Source: an uncultured Verrucomicrobiae bacterium
GTDB lineage: Bacteria > Verrucomicrobiota > Verrucomicrobiia > Limisphaerales > Palsa-1400
Direction: 5' to 3'
Assembly (NCBI GenBank): GCA_963707025.1
Contig: CAVPOM010000003.1
Span: forward strand, 1 to 64,000
DNA: 64,000 bases
A program made the position numbers and the translations under genes. The notes beneath the pieces are model-generated. The model ran no database searches, was not told the origin of the DNA, and worked only from the letters and a program-made list of their open reading frames with translations. Positions 18,645 through 29,435 of this stretch are shown here, piece by piece (within the stretch, counting starts at the first letter, position 1; each line of letters begins with the position of its first letter).

Positions 18645-18876
18645 GATGCTGCTTCCGGGAAGATGCTCAGAAAAACAACATTCCATTTCATGGGCCTGGT
18701 TAGCGCCTGCAAGGCCGGCACCATACTTTGGGTTAACCCAGGCAACGTAATCCAGTCCGGCGGGCGGCGCAAGAATTCTCTGCAAGATCGCTGGGCGTTT
18801 TGAATGGAGGGCTGGCCCGTGGAACGGGTTGGTGGCGCTTCATCAACAACCCGCCCGGAATCAGCGGCCGGCAACA

Positions 18877-19020
18877 AGGCGCATCTTGATACTACCACCA
18901 TGCTTGGCATGAACACCGGTCCATGAAACAGATGGAAACCTCCTCACCCCGACCCTCTCCTCCACAAGTGCGTGGAGGAGAGGGAGAAGAAGCGCGCGTT
19001 GGTGGTGCCAAGATTCGCTC
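18877..19020. mobile_element. Degenerate MITE-like element (CATCTTGA ends) with a different internal hairpin
   Basis: GGCGCATCTTGATACTACCA ... TGGTGGTGCCAAGATTCGC ends (about 15/21 inverted match); interior CCCTCTCCTCCAC-AAGTGC-GTGGAGGAGAGGG hairpin. Confidence 0.55.
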
Positions 19021-19082
19021 CCGGCAACAAAGCGGCGAAGTTTGGCCTTTGCACCGCGACAGGGGAACTTTAGGTTGAGGGC

Positions 19083-20218
<1,136 letters not shown>

Positions 20219-21634
20219 TTAATCGTTGTAGGCGCTCTCGCCGTGCTGGGACAGGTCCAATCCGGAATCCTCCTCCTCCGGGGTGACGCGCAGGCCGGCC
20301 AGCGCGCCGACCACCTTGAGGAGGAGGAAGGTTCCGGCGGCGGCCAGAACCACCGTCAAGAGCAGCCCGCGCAATTGATTGCCCAATTGCGCCGCGCTGC
20401 CGGCCAGCGAGATGACCTTGCCGCCGGAGGTGAAGGTGCCGGCGATGGCCGGGTTGATGTCCGCGCTGGCGAACACCCCCGCCAGGAGCAAGCCGGCCGA
20501 GCTGCCCATGGCGTGAACGCCGAAGACATCGAGGGAATCGTCGTAGCGCAACAGGTGTTTGAGTTTGCTCACCGCCAGGTAGCAAACCAGCCCGCCGGTC
20601 AACCCGATGACGAAAGCGGCGGGAGGGGTGACAAAACCCGAGGCGGGCGTAATGGTGGCCAGGCCGGCGACCATGCCGGAAGCGACGCCGAGCACGCTGG
20701 GCCTGCCCTTGAGCAGCCACTCGGTCGTTCCCCAGGCCAGGGCGGCCCCGGCCGCCGAGAAATGGGTTGCGGCAAAGGCGCTGCTGGCCAGCGCGCCGGA
20801 GTTGAGCGCGCTGCCGGCATTGAAACCGAACCAGCCGACCCACAAAAGTCCCGCGCCGACCAGGCTCAAGACGACATTGTGAGGGGGCATCGGCTCGGTC
20901 GGGAAACCGATGCGCTTGCCCAGCACCAAGGCGCAGACCAGCGCCGAGACACCCGAGCTGACATGGACCACCATGCCGCCGGCGAAATCGAGCACGGGAT
21001 AGCGGCCGCCCAGGCTCCAGTTCAACAGGCCGCCCCGGCCCCACACCATGTGGCACAAGGGAAAATAAATCAACGATACCCACAGCACCATGAACAGGAG
21101 GTAAGCCTTGAAGCGCATCCGCTCGGCAATGGCGCCGCTGATGAGCGCCGGGGTGATGATGGCGAACATCATCTGAAAGAGCATGAAGCTCTCCTGCGGG
21201 ATCGTCGGCGCATAGGCCGGATTGGGCGCGGCCCCCACGCCTTTGAGCATGAAATACTGCAACGGATTTCCGCAAAACTGGTTTCCTTCCCCGAAAGCCA
21301 TGCTGTAGCCGTAAACCATCCACAAGACCGAGACCAACGCCATCAGGACCAGGCTGTGCATCATCGTGCCCAGGACGTTCTTGCGCCGCACCAATCCGCC
21401 ATAGAAGAGAATCAAACCCGGCGCCGTCATCAGCAGCACCAGCGCGGCGCTGGCCAGCACCCAGGCGTTGTCGCCCGCGTTGATGACCGGAGCCTGGCGG
21501 CCGGCCGCCTCCAATCGGGCCAGGCGCTCCTCGATCGTGGCGGCGCCTTGCGCATAAACGGGGTTGAGAAATACGGGCAGGAGCCAGCAGGCCAGAGCGG
21601 CGGGGACCCACCGCGGAACGCCAAGGGATTTCAT
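20219..21634 (-). CDS. amtB: Ammonium transporter
   Basis: LVLLMTAPGL.LFYGGLVRRKN, FQMMFAIITPALISGAIAER, DFAGGMVVH, LWVGWFGFNAGS, DDSLDVFGVH. Confidence 0.97.
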   Translation of the reverse strand: MKSLGVPRWVPAALACWLLPVFLNPVYAQGAATIEERLARLEAAGRQAPVINAGDNAWVLASAALVLLMTAPGLILFYGGLVRRKNVLGTMMHSLVLMALVSVLWMVYGYSMAFGEGNQFCGNPLQYFMLKGVGAAPNPAYAPTIPQESFMLFQMMFAIITPALISGAIAERMRFKAYLLFMVLWVSLIYFPLCHMVWGRGGLLNWSLGGRYPVLDFAGGMVVHVSSGVSALVCALVLGKRIGFPTEPMPPHNVVLSLVGAGLLWVGWFGFNAGSALNSGALASSAFAATHFSAAGAALAWGTTEWLLKGRPSVLGVASGMVAGLATITPASGFVTPPAAFVIGLTGGLVCYLAVSKLKHLLRYDDSLDVFGVHAMGSSAGLLLAGVFASADINPAIAGTFTSGGKVISLAGSAAQLGNQLRGLLLTVVLAAAGTFLLLKVVGALAGLRVTPEEEDSGLDLSQHGESAYND

Positions 21635-21828
21635 TACCCCGCCAATCTTAACCCGGTCCGGCCCCCGCCGGTCAAATTAAAAATCAGTTTCAATTATTAT
21701 TCTTAATGCGCACCTCAATGATTTTAATGAACGATGCCAGGCAGAGGCGGCCTTGGGGATGAGGTTCCAGGCCGGCCCGCCGCGAAATAACCTCGTCAAG
21801 CGCGCCGCCCGGACGGAAGATGGCGGCG

Positions 21829-22954
21829 ATGCGTTTGTTGGACCGGTATTTGTTGCGGGAATTGCTCGTGCCGCTGGCCTATTGTTTGGGCGGCTTCCTG
21901 ATTTTTTATGTGGCATTCGATCTGATTTTCGGCATCAAAGGTTTTCAGGAAAAGCACCTCAACTTCGGCGACCTGGCCGAGTATTATGTGGTGACGCTGC
22001 CGGAACTTCTGGTGACGGTGGTCATTCCGGTGTCGCTTTTGCTGGCGCTGCTTTACGCCCTGACCAATCACAGCCGCCATCAGGAGCTGACGGCGATGCG
22101 CGCGGCGGGAGTGGGCTTGTGGCGCTTGGCCGCGCCCTATTTTGGGGTGGGGATTGTGCTGGGGGCGGCGGTCCTGGCCATGAATGAGCTGCTGGTCCCC
22201 CCGGCGGCGGACCGGGCCAGGGAGATTTTGCGGCGGCACGACCCGAATCCGGCGGACCGGGTTCTGGATCGCGAAACTGAATTTTCACAACGAGGCGGAG
22301 GGCCGCGATTGGTCCATTGACAAATACAACCGGGCCACGGCGGAGATGATGACTCCGCTGATCAAGTGGGACCGGCCGGACGGCTCGTTTCGGTTTATTT
22401 CCGCCGAGCGGGCAATTTACACCAACGGGCAATGGGTTTTTTTCAATGTGGAGGACTGGGTGACGCCGGCAAAGTCGCGGACGAACCTCAATCCGCCGCC
22501 CGGCCAGAAGCCGCACGCGATCTTGGTGCTGACCCTTGCGGAAACGCCGGCCTGGATCGAAAGCGAACTGAAGGTGAGAGCGCTGACCCCGACGGAGGCG
22601 GCGCGGAAGCCGCAGCTTTCCATTCGTGAAATCCTGACCTATTTGCGCCTGCATCCGCACCCGGAGGCGGCGCGGCGCGCCACGCTGATGACGCAATTGC
22701 AGTGCCGGCTGGCGGAGCCGTTCACCTGCCTGACGGTGGTGCTGATCGCGCTGCCCTTTGGGGCGCGGAGCGGGCGGCACAATGTGTTTGCCGGGGTGGC
22801 CAGCAGCCTGTTTATCTGTTTCGGCTATTTTATCATGCAGCGCATCGCCATGGGCCTGGGGGTGGGCGGGACATTGCCGCCGTTGCTGGCGGCCTGGCTG
22901 CCGAACCTGGTGTTTGGCCTGACCGGGCTGGGGTTGATTTGGCGGGCGAGTTGA
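21829..22954 (+). CDS. LptF/LptG-family LPS export permease; 1-nt frameshift near 22260
   Basis: MRLLDRYLLRELL, SRHQELTAMRAAGV in one frame; RLAEPFTCL..VLIALPFG and LAAWLPNLVF in the next; removing one G in GACCGGGTTC restores DRFWIAKLNF. Confidence 0.85.
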
Positions 22955-22978
22955 AACAGGCCATTGCCACGGAGCACC

Positions 22979-24709
22979 ATGACGGACGACCTGGAGAAAT
23001 TGAAAGCGGCCCACGAGCGGCTGCAATTGCTCTACCAAGTCAGCAATGTCATCCATTCCACGCTGGACCCGCAGCAGGCGCTGGAGCTGATTTTGCAGGA
23101 GGTGGTGCGGCTGATGCGGGCTTCGAGCGGTTCGGTGGTGCTGCTCAATCCCAACAACAACCTGCTGGAAATCGAGGCTTCCACCGGGCTGCCGCCCCGG
23201 GCCAAGGAGGTCAAGTTGCGGGTGGGCCAGGGCATCACCGGCTGGGTCGTGCGGCACGGCAAACCGGTCCGCATCGGCGACGTCCGCCAGGACGCGCGCT
23301 ACATCCTGTTGCGGGGCGAGGTGCGCTCGGAACTGGCCGTGCCCCTGGAGGTGATGGGCGAGGTGCGCGGGGTGCTGAACGTGGACGCCGACCGGGAGGA
23401 CGCCTTCAGCGCGGCGGACCAGGAGTTGCTGGAGGCGTTGGCGGTGCAGGCGGCCAAGGTGATCCACAACACCTGGCTCTTCGAGCAATCCCGGCTCAAG
23501 GCGCGCCTGCTGGAAACGCTGGCCAGCGTCAGCCAGACGATCAATTCCACCCTCAACCTCAATGAGGCCCTTCCCATCATCACCCGCGAGGCCTGCACGC
23601 TGATGGAAGCCAAGATGGCTTCGATCCAGATGGTGGATGAAAGCGGGGAATTCCTGGAGCTGCGGGCCAGCTACGGGGCGGGGGAGGCTTACCTGAACAA
23701 GCCCAAGCTGAGCCTGGGCGACAGTTTTCTGGGCATCGTTTTCCGGCGCAAAAAGCCGATGCAACTGGAGAACGTGCAGAACTCGGCTCTTTATCAGAAC
23801 GTGGAGATGGCGCGGCGCGAAGGGCTGGTTTCGCTGCTGAGCGCGCCCCTGGTATTTGGCGGGCAGGCCATCGGCACCCTCAATATTTACACCGGGACGC
23901 CGCGCAGTTTTTCCAACGAGGAAATCCACATTTTGCGGGCGCTGGCCGAATTGTCGGCCATTGCCATGGAAAAGGCCCGCCTCTACGAGCGGATCGTGGA
24001 CGTGGAGGAGCAGTTGCGGCAAAACGAAAAACTTTCGGCGCTGGGCTTGCTGGCGGCGGAAGTGGCCCACGAAATCCGCAATCCGCTGACGGTGATGAAG
24101 ATGCTCTACCATTCGCTCAAGCTGGATTTTGCGCCGGGCGATCCGCGGGTGAAGGACGACGCCATCCTGCGGGAGAAAATGGAGCACCTGAACAAGATCG
24201 TGGAGCAGATTCTGGATTTTGCCCGCAGCACCGAGCCGAATTTGAGCGCGGTCAACGTCAACCAATTGCTGGAGGATCTTGGGCTGCTGACGCGGCACAA
24301 GATGCGCAACCAGCGCATTGCATTGGTGCGCCGCCTGGCCCCCGACCTGCCGCTGGTCATGGCCGACGCCACGCAACTGGCGCAGGCTTTTCTGAACCTG
24401 ACCCTCAACGCCATGGAGGCCATGCCCGGCGGGGGCACGCTGACCATTGCCACGCGGTCCTTGCGCCTGCCGCGCACCAGCCCGAAAGCGACGCACCTGC
24501 TCATTGAGTTCCAGGACACCGGGCCGGGCATGCCGGAAGAACAGCGCCGCCGCGCCTTCACCTCCTTGCTCAACACCACCAAACAGCGCGGGACCGGCTT
24601 GGGCCTGGCCATCGTGGGGCGGGTTATCGAGACCCACCGCGGCAAGGTGAAAATCCACTCCCGTCCGGGTCAGGGGACCATCTTCAGCATCACGCTGCCG
24701 GTGCCTTAG
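22979..24709 (+). CDS. Cytoplasmic GAF-GAF histidine kinase
   Basis: Two GAF domains (GQGITGWV, SELAVPL; LLSAPL), H-box VAHEIRNPL, NLTLNAMEAM, DTGPG, GTGLGL. Confidence 0.92.
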   Translation: MTDDLEKLKAAHERLQLLYQVSNVIHSTLDPQQALELILQEVVRLMRASSGSVVLLNPNNNLLEIEASTGLPPRAKEVKLRVGQGITGWVVRHGKPVRIGDVRQDARYILLRGEVRSELAVPLEVMGEVRGVLNVDADREDAFSAADQELLEALAVQAAKVIHNTWLFEQSRLKARLLETLASVSQTINSTLNLNEALPIITREACTLMEAKMASIQMVDESGEFLELRASYGAGEAYLNKPKLSLGDSFLGIVFRRKKPMQLENVQNSALYQNVEMARREGLVSLLSAPLVFGGQAIGTLNIYTGTPRSFSNEEIHILRALAELSAIAMEKARLYERIVDVEEQLRQNEKLSALGLLAAEVAHEIRNPLTVMKMLYHSLKLDFAPGDPRVKDDAILREKMEHLNKIVEQILDFARSTEPNLSAVNVNQLLEDLGLLTRHKMRNQRIALVRRLAPDLPLVMADATQLAQAFLNLTLNAMEAMPGGGTLTIATRSLRLPRTSPKATHLLIEFQDTGPGMPEEQRRRAFTSLLNTTKQRGTGLGLAIVGRVIETHRGKVKIHSRPGQGTIFSITLPVP

Positions 24710-24824
24710 GACCCATGGGCACAGATCGTGGCAGAGCCGTGAAACTTGCGCTGTTGAGGGGGACATCGCCGGGAGGCGATTTTGCGCTGGAAACCAGGCG
24801 GCGCGTCTGGTACTTTAAATGCGC

Positions 24825-25067
24825 ATGAAATGTTATGAAGAAGTGATTGACTTTATCGCTTCGGGTCCCAGTCCCGCCGCTGTGGCTGCTTTCCGTCTGT
24901 CCGACGCAGTGAACCAACGCGCGGAATTGCTGGTGCAACGCGGCAAGGACGGAGATCTGACCGCCAGTGAACAATCCGAACTGGACCACTATCTCGAGTT
25001 AGAGCACATCATGCGGCTGGCAAAAGCGCGGGCCCGTCGGCGTTCGCCCCATGAGCAGTCTCATTAG
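24825..25067 (+). CDS. Small hypothetical protein, putative antitoxin of the downstream HNH nuclease
   Basis: YEEVIDFIA...LT.SEQSELDHYLELEHIMRLAKARAR; overlaps the HNH start. Confidence 0.65.
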   Translation: MKCYEEVIDFIASGPSPAAVAAFRLSDAVNQRAELLVQRGKDGDLTASEQSELDHYLELEHIMRLAKARARRRSPHEQSH

Positions 25068-25488
25068 CGAGCAAATGCGACTGCTCGTGAGGTCCCGGGC
25101 CGACCGTCTATGCGAGTACTGCCTCATACACGAGGACGATTGTCTCCTTATCCTTCAAGTTGACCACATCATCAGCGTCAAACACGGAGGCGCCGCCGGG
25201 TTGGAAAATCTGGCGCTGGCGTGCATTTTCTGCAATCGGCAGAAAGGCTCGGATGTCGGTACGATCGTGGCTGGCGGCAGCTTCACCCGTTTTTTTAATC
25301 CACGCACCGATTCTTGGGGCGCACATTTCAGGCTGGCGGGCGCCCTGATCGAGCCGATTACTGTGGTGGGTGAGGCCACCGCCCGGATTCTGAGGTTCAA
25401 TGATCAGGAGCGCGTGGCCGAGCGCGAGGCATTGCTGGCGCAAGGACGGTATCCGGCGTTGCACGCCCTGGCAAGGATGAGAGGGTGA
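25051..25488 (+). CDS. HNH endonuclease
   Basis: CEYC, VDHIISVKHGG, NLALACIFCNRQKG, FFNPRTDSW..HF. Confidence 0.9.
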   Translation: MSSLISEQMRLLVRSRADRLCEYCLIHEDDCLLILQVDHIISVKHGGAAGLENLALACIFCNRQKGSDVGTIVAGGSFTRFFNPRTDSWGAHFRLAGALIEPITVVGEATARILRFNDQERVAEREALLAQGRYPALHALARMRG

Positions 25489-25576
25489 AGCAGCTTCCTG
25501 CCGCCGGCAGACTGGCCGGGAAAGGGGCCGGGTATTTCGACTTTGGATTTCCACCATTAAGCATTAGGCTTGGGGC

Positions 25577-25780
25577 ATGACGCCGCAAGCGGCCCTGGAC
25601 AGGCAGATTGAGATGTACCGCCGGATGACGCCGGAGCAACGGTTGAAACTGGCGCGGGACCTGCACGAATTGGCGTGCAACGTGGCGCGCGAAGGCATCC
25701 GGCATCAATTTCCCCAGGCCGACGAGGCTGAAGTCGAACGCCGTCTCCACCAGCGGCTGGAACTGGCGAGACAAGCATGA
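25577..25780 (+). CDS. Small protein resembling Rv0078B/MenA1-like antitoxins
   Basis: QIEMYRRMTPEQRLKLA..LHE...REGIRHQFP.A...EVERRL; family assignment from memory. Confidence 0.55.
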   Translation: MTPQAALDRQIEMYRRMTPEQRLKLARDLHELACNVAREGIRHQFPQADEAEVERRLHQRLELARQA

Positions 25781-26193
25781 CAGACAAGACGCTTACAGGT
25801 GATTCGGTGCGGATTGACAAATGGCTCTGGGCGGTCCGGGTTTTCAAGACCCGCAGCCTGGCGGCGGATTCGTGCCGGCACGGCCACGTTACCATCTCAG
25901 GCCAGCCGGCCAAGCCCTCGCGCCAGGTGCGAATCCAAGACGTGGTCGTGGTGAAGAAGGATCAAATGACGCGCACCTTCAAAGTGTTGCAGTTGCTGGA
26001 GCAGCGCGTGGGCGGGGCCGCCGCCAAGGAATACGCCGAAGATCAAACTCCAGCCTCGGAATGGGAGAAGCCGCGCGAGCCGTCTTACCGCCCGTTTGTC
26101 CGCCCGAAAGGCTCGGGGCGGCCGACGAAGAAGGAACGGCGGCAGTTGGACGCGATGTCGGTCAATGGCCCGGCTGTTTCCGGCCGAAGTTAA
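25777..26193 (+). CDS. hslR: Ribosome-associated heat shock protein Hsp15 (S4 domain)
   Basis: VRIDKWLWAVRVFKTRSLA, KPSRQV, GRPTKKERR. Confidence 0.92.
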   Translation: MTDKTLTGDSVRIDKWLWAVRVFKTRSLAADSCRHGHVTISGQPAKPSRQVRIQDVVVVKKDQMTRTFKVLQLLEQRVGGAAAKEYAEDQTPASEWEKPREPSYRPFVRPKGSGRPTKKERRQLDAMSVNGPAVSGRS

Positions 26194-26929
26194 TGCTCAT
26201 GGCGCCGCCCAGCAGATTGCGCACCCGGATGCCGGCGCAATGGAGCGATACCATCTTGGCGGCGACGCCGCGCTGGGCGGGATAGTTCCGGAGCGAGGCG
26301 AAAATGTAGGCGTGGGTGGCGGAGTCTTTGCAGAAAACTTTCCCGAAGCAGGGAACCAGGAATTTCAAATAACCGAAATACAACCGGCGCCAGAACGGGT
26401 TGGCGGGCTTGCCGAAGTCGAGCACGAGCAGGCGCGCGCCGGGCCGGGCCACCCGGCACATTTCCTCCAGGCCGCGCTCCCAATCGGCCAAATTGCGCAG
26501 CCCGTAGGCGATGGTCACGATGTCGAACCATTCGCCGGGGAAGGGCAGGCGGAGGGCGTCGCCGAGGAGGAATTGCACCGGCGGCGGAGTGATTTGCGGC
26601 GGTCGCAGACCGCCGCTACAAGAAGCTGGGGAGTTTTGGGCGCGCTGTTGGGCGACGGCGAGCATGGCGGGGCTGAAATCCAGGGCGGTCACTTCCGCGC
26701 CGCTCTGACGCAAGGCAAAGGCGACGTTGCCGGTGCCGCAGCAGACATCCAGGGCGCGCTCGCCGGGCTGGACGGCGGCCATTTTGACCAGGGTGCGCTT
26801 CCAACGGCGGTGCAGGCCGAGGCTTTGCAGGTCGTTGATGAGATCGTAACGGGGCGCGACGATGGCGAAGAGGTCTTCCACCCTGGCGGCGCGCTGTTCT
26901 CCCGGTTGATGGAATTTATTGGTCTCCAT
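26162..26929 (-). CDS. ubiE: UbiE/MenG-family C-methyltransferase
   Basis: IVAPRYDLINDLQSLGLHRRWK, LDVCCGTG, DFSPAML, GDALRLPF, IAYGLRN. Confidence 0.9.
   Translation of the reverse strand: METNKFHQPGEQRAARVEDLFAIVAPRYDLINDLQSLGLHRRWKRTLVKMAAVQPGERALDVCCGTGNVAFALRQSGAEVTALDFSPAMLAVAQQRAQNSPASCSGGLRPPQITPPPVQFLLGDALRLPFPGEWFDIVTIAYGLRNLADWERGLEEMCRVARPGARLLVLDFGKPANPFWRRLYFGYLKFLVPCFGKVFCKDSATHAYIFASLRNYPAQRGVAAKMVSLHCAGIRVRNLLGGAMSINFGRKQPGH
26596..26620 (-). repeat. GTAG-type REP inside the ubiE coding sequence
   Basis: TGTAGCGGCGGTC-TGC-GACCGCCGC: GTAG tetranucleotide plus perfect 9-bp stem, translated in frame as CSGGLRPPQ. Confidence 0.65.
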
Positions 26930-26989
26930 GCCGGGGCGCATTGTAACCGAGCGGGCCGGATTGCAAACTCCTGTCGCGCCGCTGCGGGG

Positions 26990-27532
26990 TCAAGGGCCGT
27001 TGGTGGATGGGATGTTGGGCAAAACTCTTCGGGGCATTCCGCCGTGTCCGTCGTCAAGAAGGCCATCGGTTGAATCGCGATTGGTACGCCGAGACCCGCC
27101 TCCGTCGCCGCCGCGTCTTGCCCGGCCCGATCCCAAGCCCTCGTTCCTTTGTTCGCGTTCTTTGCGCAATTCAGCAAATTTCGGCTGTTGGTCGGGCCTT
27201 AACACCTGGTTGATGTCGTCGTAGGCCCGCACCACTTCCGCATGCAACGCCGGGGCAATTGTTTTGCGGATTTCAGCGCTGGCGGCCTGTCTGTCCAGCA
27301 TGATTTTTACAATTGCGTTGGCCTGTTCGCTGGTCAGGTCTATATGAGCCAGCGCCATCTGATGGAGAATATCATTGACCGGCTGTGGTCCGGGCACGCC
27401 AAAGCGAGGAACGCTGACGCGGCTGGGAGGCGGCTGGTGCCAGTCCTGGGTCTTTATGACCAAAGCGCCGGTAACGACACCGCAGACAAAAATGACCATG
27501 GTGGCGAAAATGACTTTCCAAGGGCTCACCAA
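26990..27532 (-). CDS. Membrane-anchored periplasmic helical protein (Spy/CpxP-like)
   Basis: WKVIFATMVIFVCGVVTG anchor; LTSEQ and LRPDQ motifs; third gene of the ECF operon. Confidence 0.65.
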   Translation of the reverse strand: MVSPWKVIFATMVIFVCGVVTGALVIKTQDWHQPPPSRVSVPRFGVPGPQPVNDILHQMALAHIDLTSEQANAIVKIMLDRQAASAEIRKTIAPALHAEVVRAYDDINQVLRPDQQPKFAELRKEREQRNEGLGSGRARRGGDGGGSRRTNRDSTDGLLDDGHGGMPRRVLPNIPSTNGP

Positions 27533-27834
27533 ATATCCTCGAGATGCTGATCGGAAGAGGCAAAAACCGCGCGTTCAAAGGCCTGGGCAAAACTGTCGGA
27601 CTTATCGCCGTTGGGGGCGGCGGCCATGGACCAGAGGCCGCACAACAGGGTGATGGCCACGCAGGAAAGGGCGGCGCGCCAAAAGGTCCGTCCCCACAAG
27701 GCCCAATAATTGAGCGGGACCATGCCGGCCAGACGCGCCATGATGCGCTTCTCAAAGGCATAAGGGACATGGTCTTGTAGCGGTGCCTTGCGGGCTGCTT
27801 CGATCAGTTTGGTTTGCAAATCGCTCGGTTTCAT
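27526..27834 (-). CDS. Putative anti-sigma factor (single TM)
   Basis: MKPSDLQTKLIEAARK...VPYAFEKRIMARL plus TM helix, directly downstream of the ECF sigma gene. Confidence 0.65.
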   Translation of the reverse strand: MKPSDLQTKLIEAARKAPLQDHVPYAFEKRIMARLAGMVPLNYWALWGRTFWRAALSCVAITLLCGLWSMAAAPNGDKSDSFAQAFERAVFASSDQHLEDIW

Positions 27835-27872
27835 AGCGGCTATTTCTACAGACGGCTGGCTGGTGCAGACGG

Positions 27873-28448
27873 TTACAGGTACTTCTCTTTGGTGATTTTG
27901 GCCAGTATTTTCCGCATTTCGGCCCGGGCGCGAAAAGCGCGTACTTTGACCAGCGGCACCGACCAGCCGGTGATTTGGGCGATCTCCTTGACGGGGCGCT
28001 CCTCGATTTCCAGCAGGGTGATGACCAGCCTGGCGGCGGGGGACAGGCGGGTCAGGATGCGCTGGATCAATTGCCGGGCCGCCTCGGCATTTTCGTCGGC
28101 GGCGCCGGGTTCGACCACGAACTTGTCGAGCCAGTCGGTTTCCGGCTGGGAGAGTTCGGTGAAGACGGTTTCGCGGTTGCGCTGGTGGGCGCGGAGGAAA
28201 TCGAAGCAGGTCCTGACGGCCAGGCGCATGAGCCAATGCTCAAAAGGGGCCTCGCCGCGGAAGCTGCCGAGCTTTTGGAAGGCCTTGATAAAAACTTCCT
28301 GGACGATGTCTTCCACTTCGCTCTCGCGCCGGGCATAGCGGCGGGCGGTGGCAAAGACGCGCGGCTGATATTTCACGATCAGCGGCTCGAAGCTGGCCGT
28401 GTCTCCCTGGATGACGGCGGCGATCAACTCCGCATCGGTCGGCTCCAT
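27873..28448 (-). CDS. ECF RNA polymerase sigma factor
   Basis: DAELI...GD..SFE.L, EDIVQEVFIKAF, WLMRLAVRTCFD, EIAQITGWS...VKVRAFRAR. Confidence 0.93.
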   Translation of the reverse strand: MEPTDAELIAAVIQGDTASFEPLIVKYQPRVFATARRYARRESEVEDIVQEVFIKAFQKLGSFRGEAPFEHWLMRLAVRTCFDFLRAHQRNRETVFTELSQPETDWLDKFVVEPGAADENAEAARQLIQRILTRLSPAARLVITLLEIEERPVKEIAQITGWSVPLVKVRAFRARAEMRKILAKITKEKYL

Positions 28449-28453
28449 CGCGC

Positions 28454-28708
28454 TCAGCCACGGATGATGCCGAAGGCCTGCTCGAATTCGGCGGAGAATT
28501 TGGCCACCTCGGCCATGATCATGGGCGGTTGCTGGCTGATGGTGGTGAGCATTTTGTCGCGCATTTCGGGGCGGAATCGCATCAATTCCAGGGCGGCAAC
28601 CACCATGGCCAACTGGTTGTTGACCTCGTGGCGCATGTGCGCGAGTTTGTTGTTCAACTCGGTCAGTTGCGCCGCGGTCAATGTCGGTGGGGTGTTCGGT
28701 ACTCCCAT
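28454..28708 (-). CDS. Stand-alone HisKA/DHp-like mini-protein (84 aa)
   Basis: H-box-like LAHMRHEVNNQLAMVVAALELM with no ATPase domain; ends 5 nt before the sigma start. Confidence 0.6.
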   Translation of the reverse strand: MGVPNTPPTLTAAQLTELNNKLAHMRHEVNNQLAMVVAALELMRFRPEMRDKMLTTISQQPPMIMAEVAKFSAEFEQAFGIIRG

Positions 28709-28772
28709 TTGCGCCAGCATGTGGCCAACCGCGCCGCAAATCAAGCCCGTTCGCACCGGGCCTTTGGCCTCA

Positions 28773-29435
28773 TCAACTGGAGGGAGGATTGCCAAAATGC
28801 GCGGCGTGGCTGGCGTAGGCGGCGGCGTCCTCCAGCATGGCGTCAACCGCCGCGGCCACGGGGGCGGCCTTGACCAGGCCGGAAAAGACGGCGCGGTCGC
28901 CGATGTTGCTGGTCAACACATACGTGGGCCGCTGCGTGACCTGCAGGGCGTGAAATTCGGCGGTGGCGGCGCGGACGCGCTTCTCGATGGTTGCGGATTG
29001 CGCCCTGGCCAGCAGCTTCCTGGCGTCCAAACGGGCCGCTTTGGCCGCCACGGCGGCGGCGATCTTGGCTTGGAGGACTTTTTGACCGTGGCGCAGGGCG
29101 GCGGTGGCGATGGCCAGGCGGACGCGGTCGTCGGTCACGCCGAAATCCCTGGCCGCCTCGGCCACGGCATTGGGAGCAAGATATTCCTTGTGGCCGGCCT
29201 CAAACCAGCCGGTGTTGAGCATGAAGGGCGAGCGCAGGATGGGGCCGCTGCGCCGGTAGAACCACGCCAGTTGCGCCGGTGAGGTTGGCAGGGCGTTTTG
29301 GTCCAGGAGGGCGATGCGCCAACTGAACTCCACCGGTTTGGCGGCGTAGCGCTGTTTGAGTTCCGCCCAAGCCGGCTCGGACCAAAAACACCAGGAAGAG
29401 GTGACATCAAGATAGTAAATGATTTGCACGTTCAT
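28773..29435 (-). CDS. DsbA-family thioredoxin-fold protein (SxxC motif)
   Basis: YYLDVTSSWCFW N-terminal motif; VTQRPTY cis-Pro loop. Confidence 0.75.
   Translation of the reverse strand: MNVQIIYYLDVTSSWCFWSEPAWAELKQRYAAKPVEFSWRIALLDQNALPTSPAQLAWFYRRSGPILRSPFMLNTGWFEAGHKEYLAPNAVAEAARDFGVTDDRVRLAIATAALRHGQKVLQAKIAAAVAAKAARLDARKLLARAQSATIEKRVRAATAEFHALQVTQRPTYVLTSNIGDRAVFSGLVKAAPVAAAVDAMLEDAAAYASHAAHFGNPPSS

Noticed and set aside
21660..21745. Sigma-54 promoter or NtrC site upstream of amtB
   Set aside because: AT-rich with a TGGCA, but no correctly spaced TTGC and no TGCAC-N-GTGCA palindrome
22022..24766. Long antisense ORFs (e.g. 914 aa here, also 6666-8504, 8842-10641, 13300-15222, 59580-61598)
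   Set aside because: Shadow frames of real genes in high-GC DNA, with no recognisable motifs
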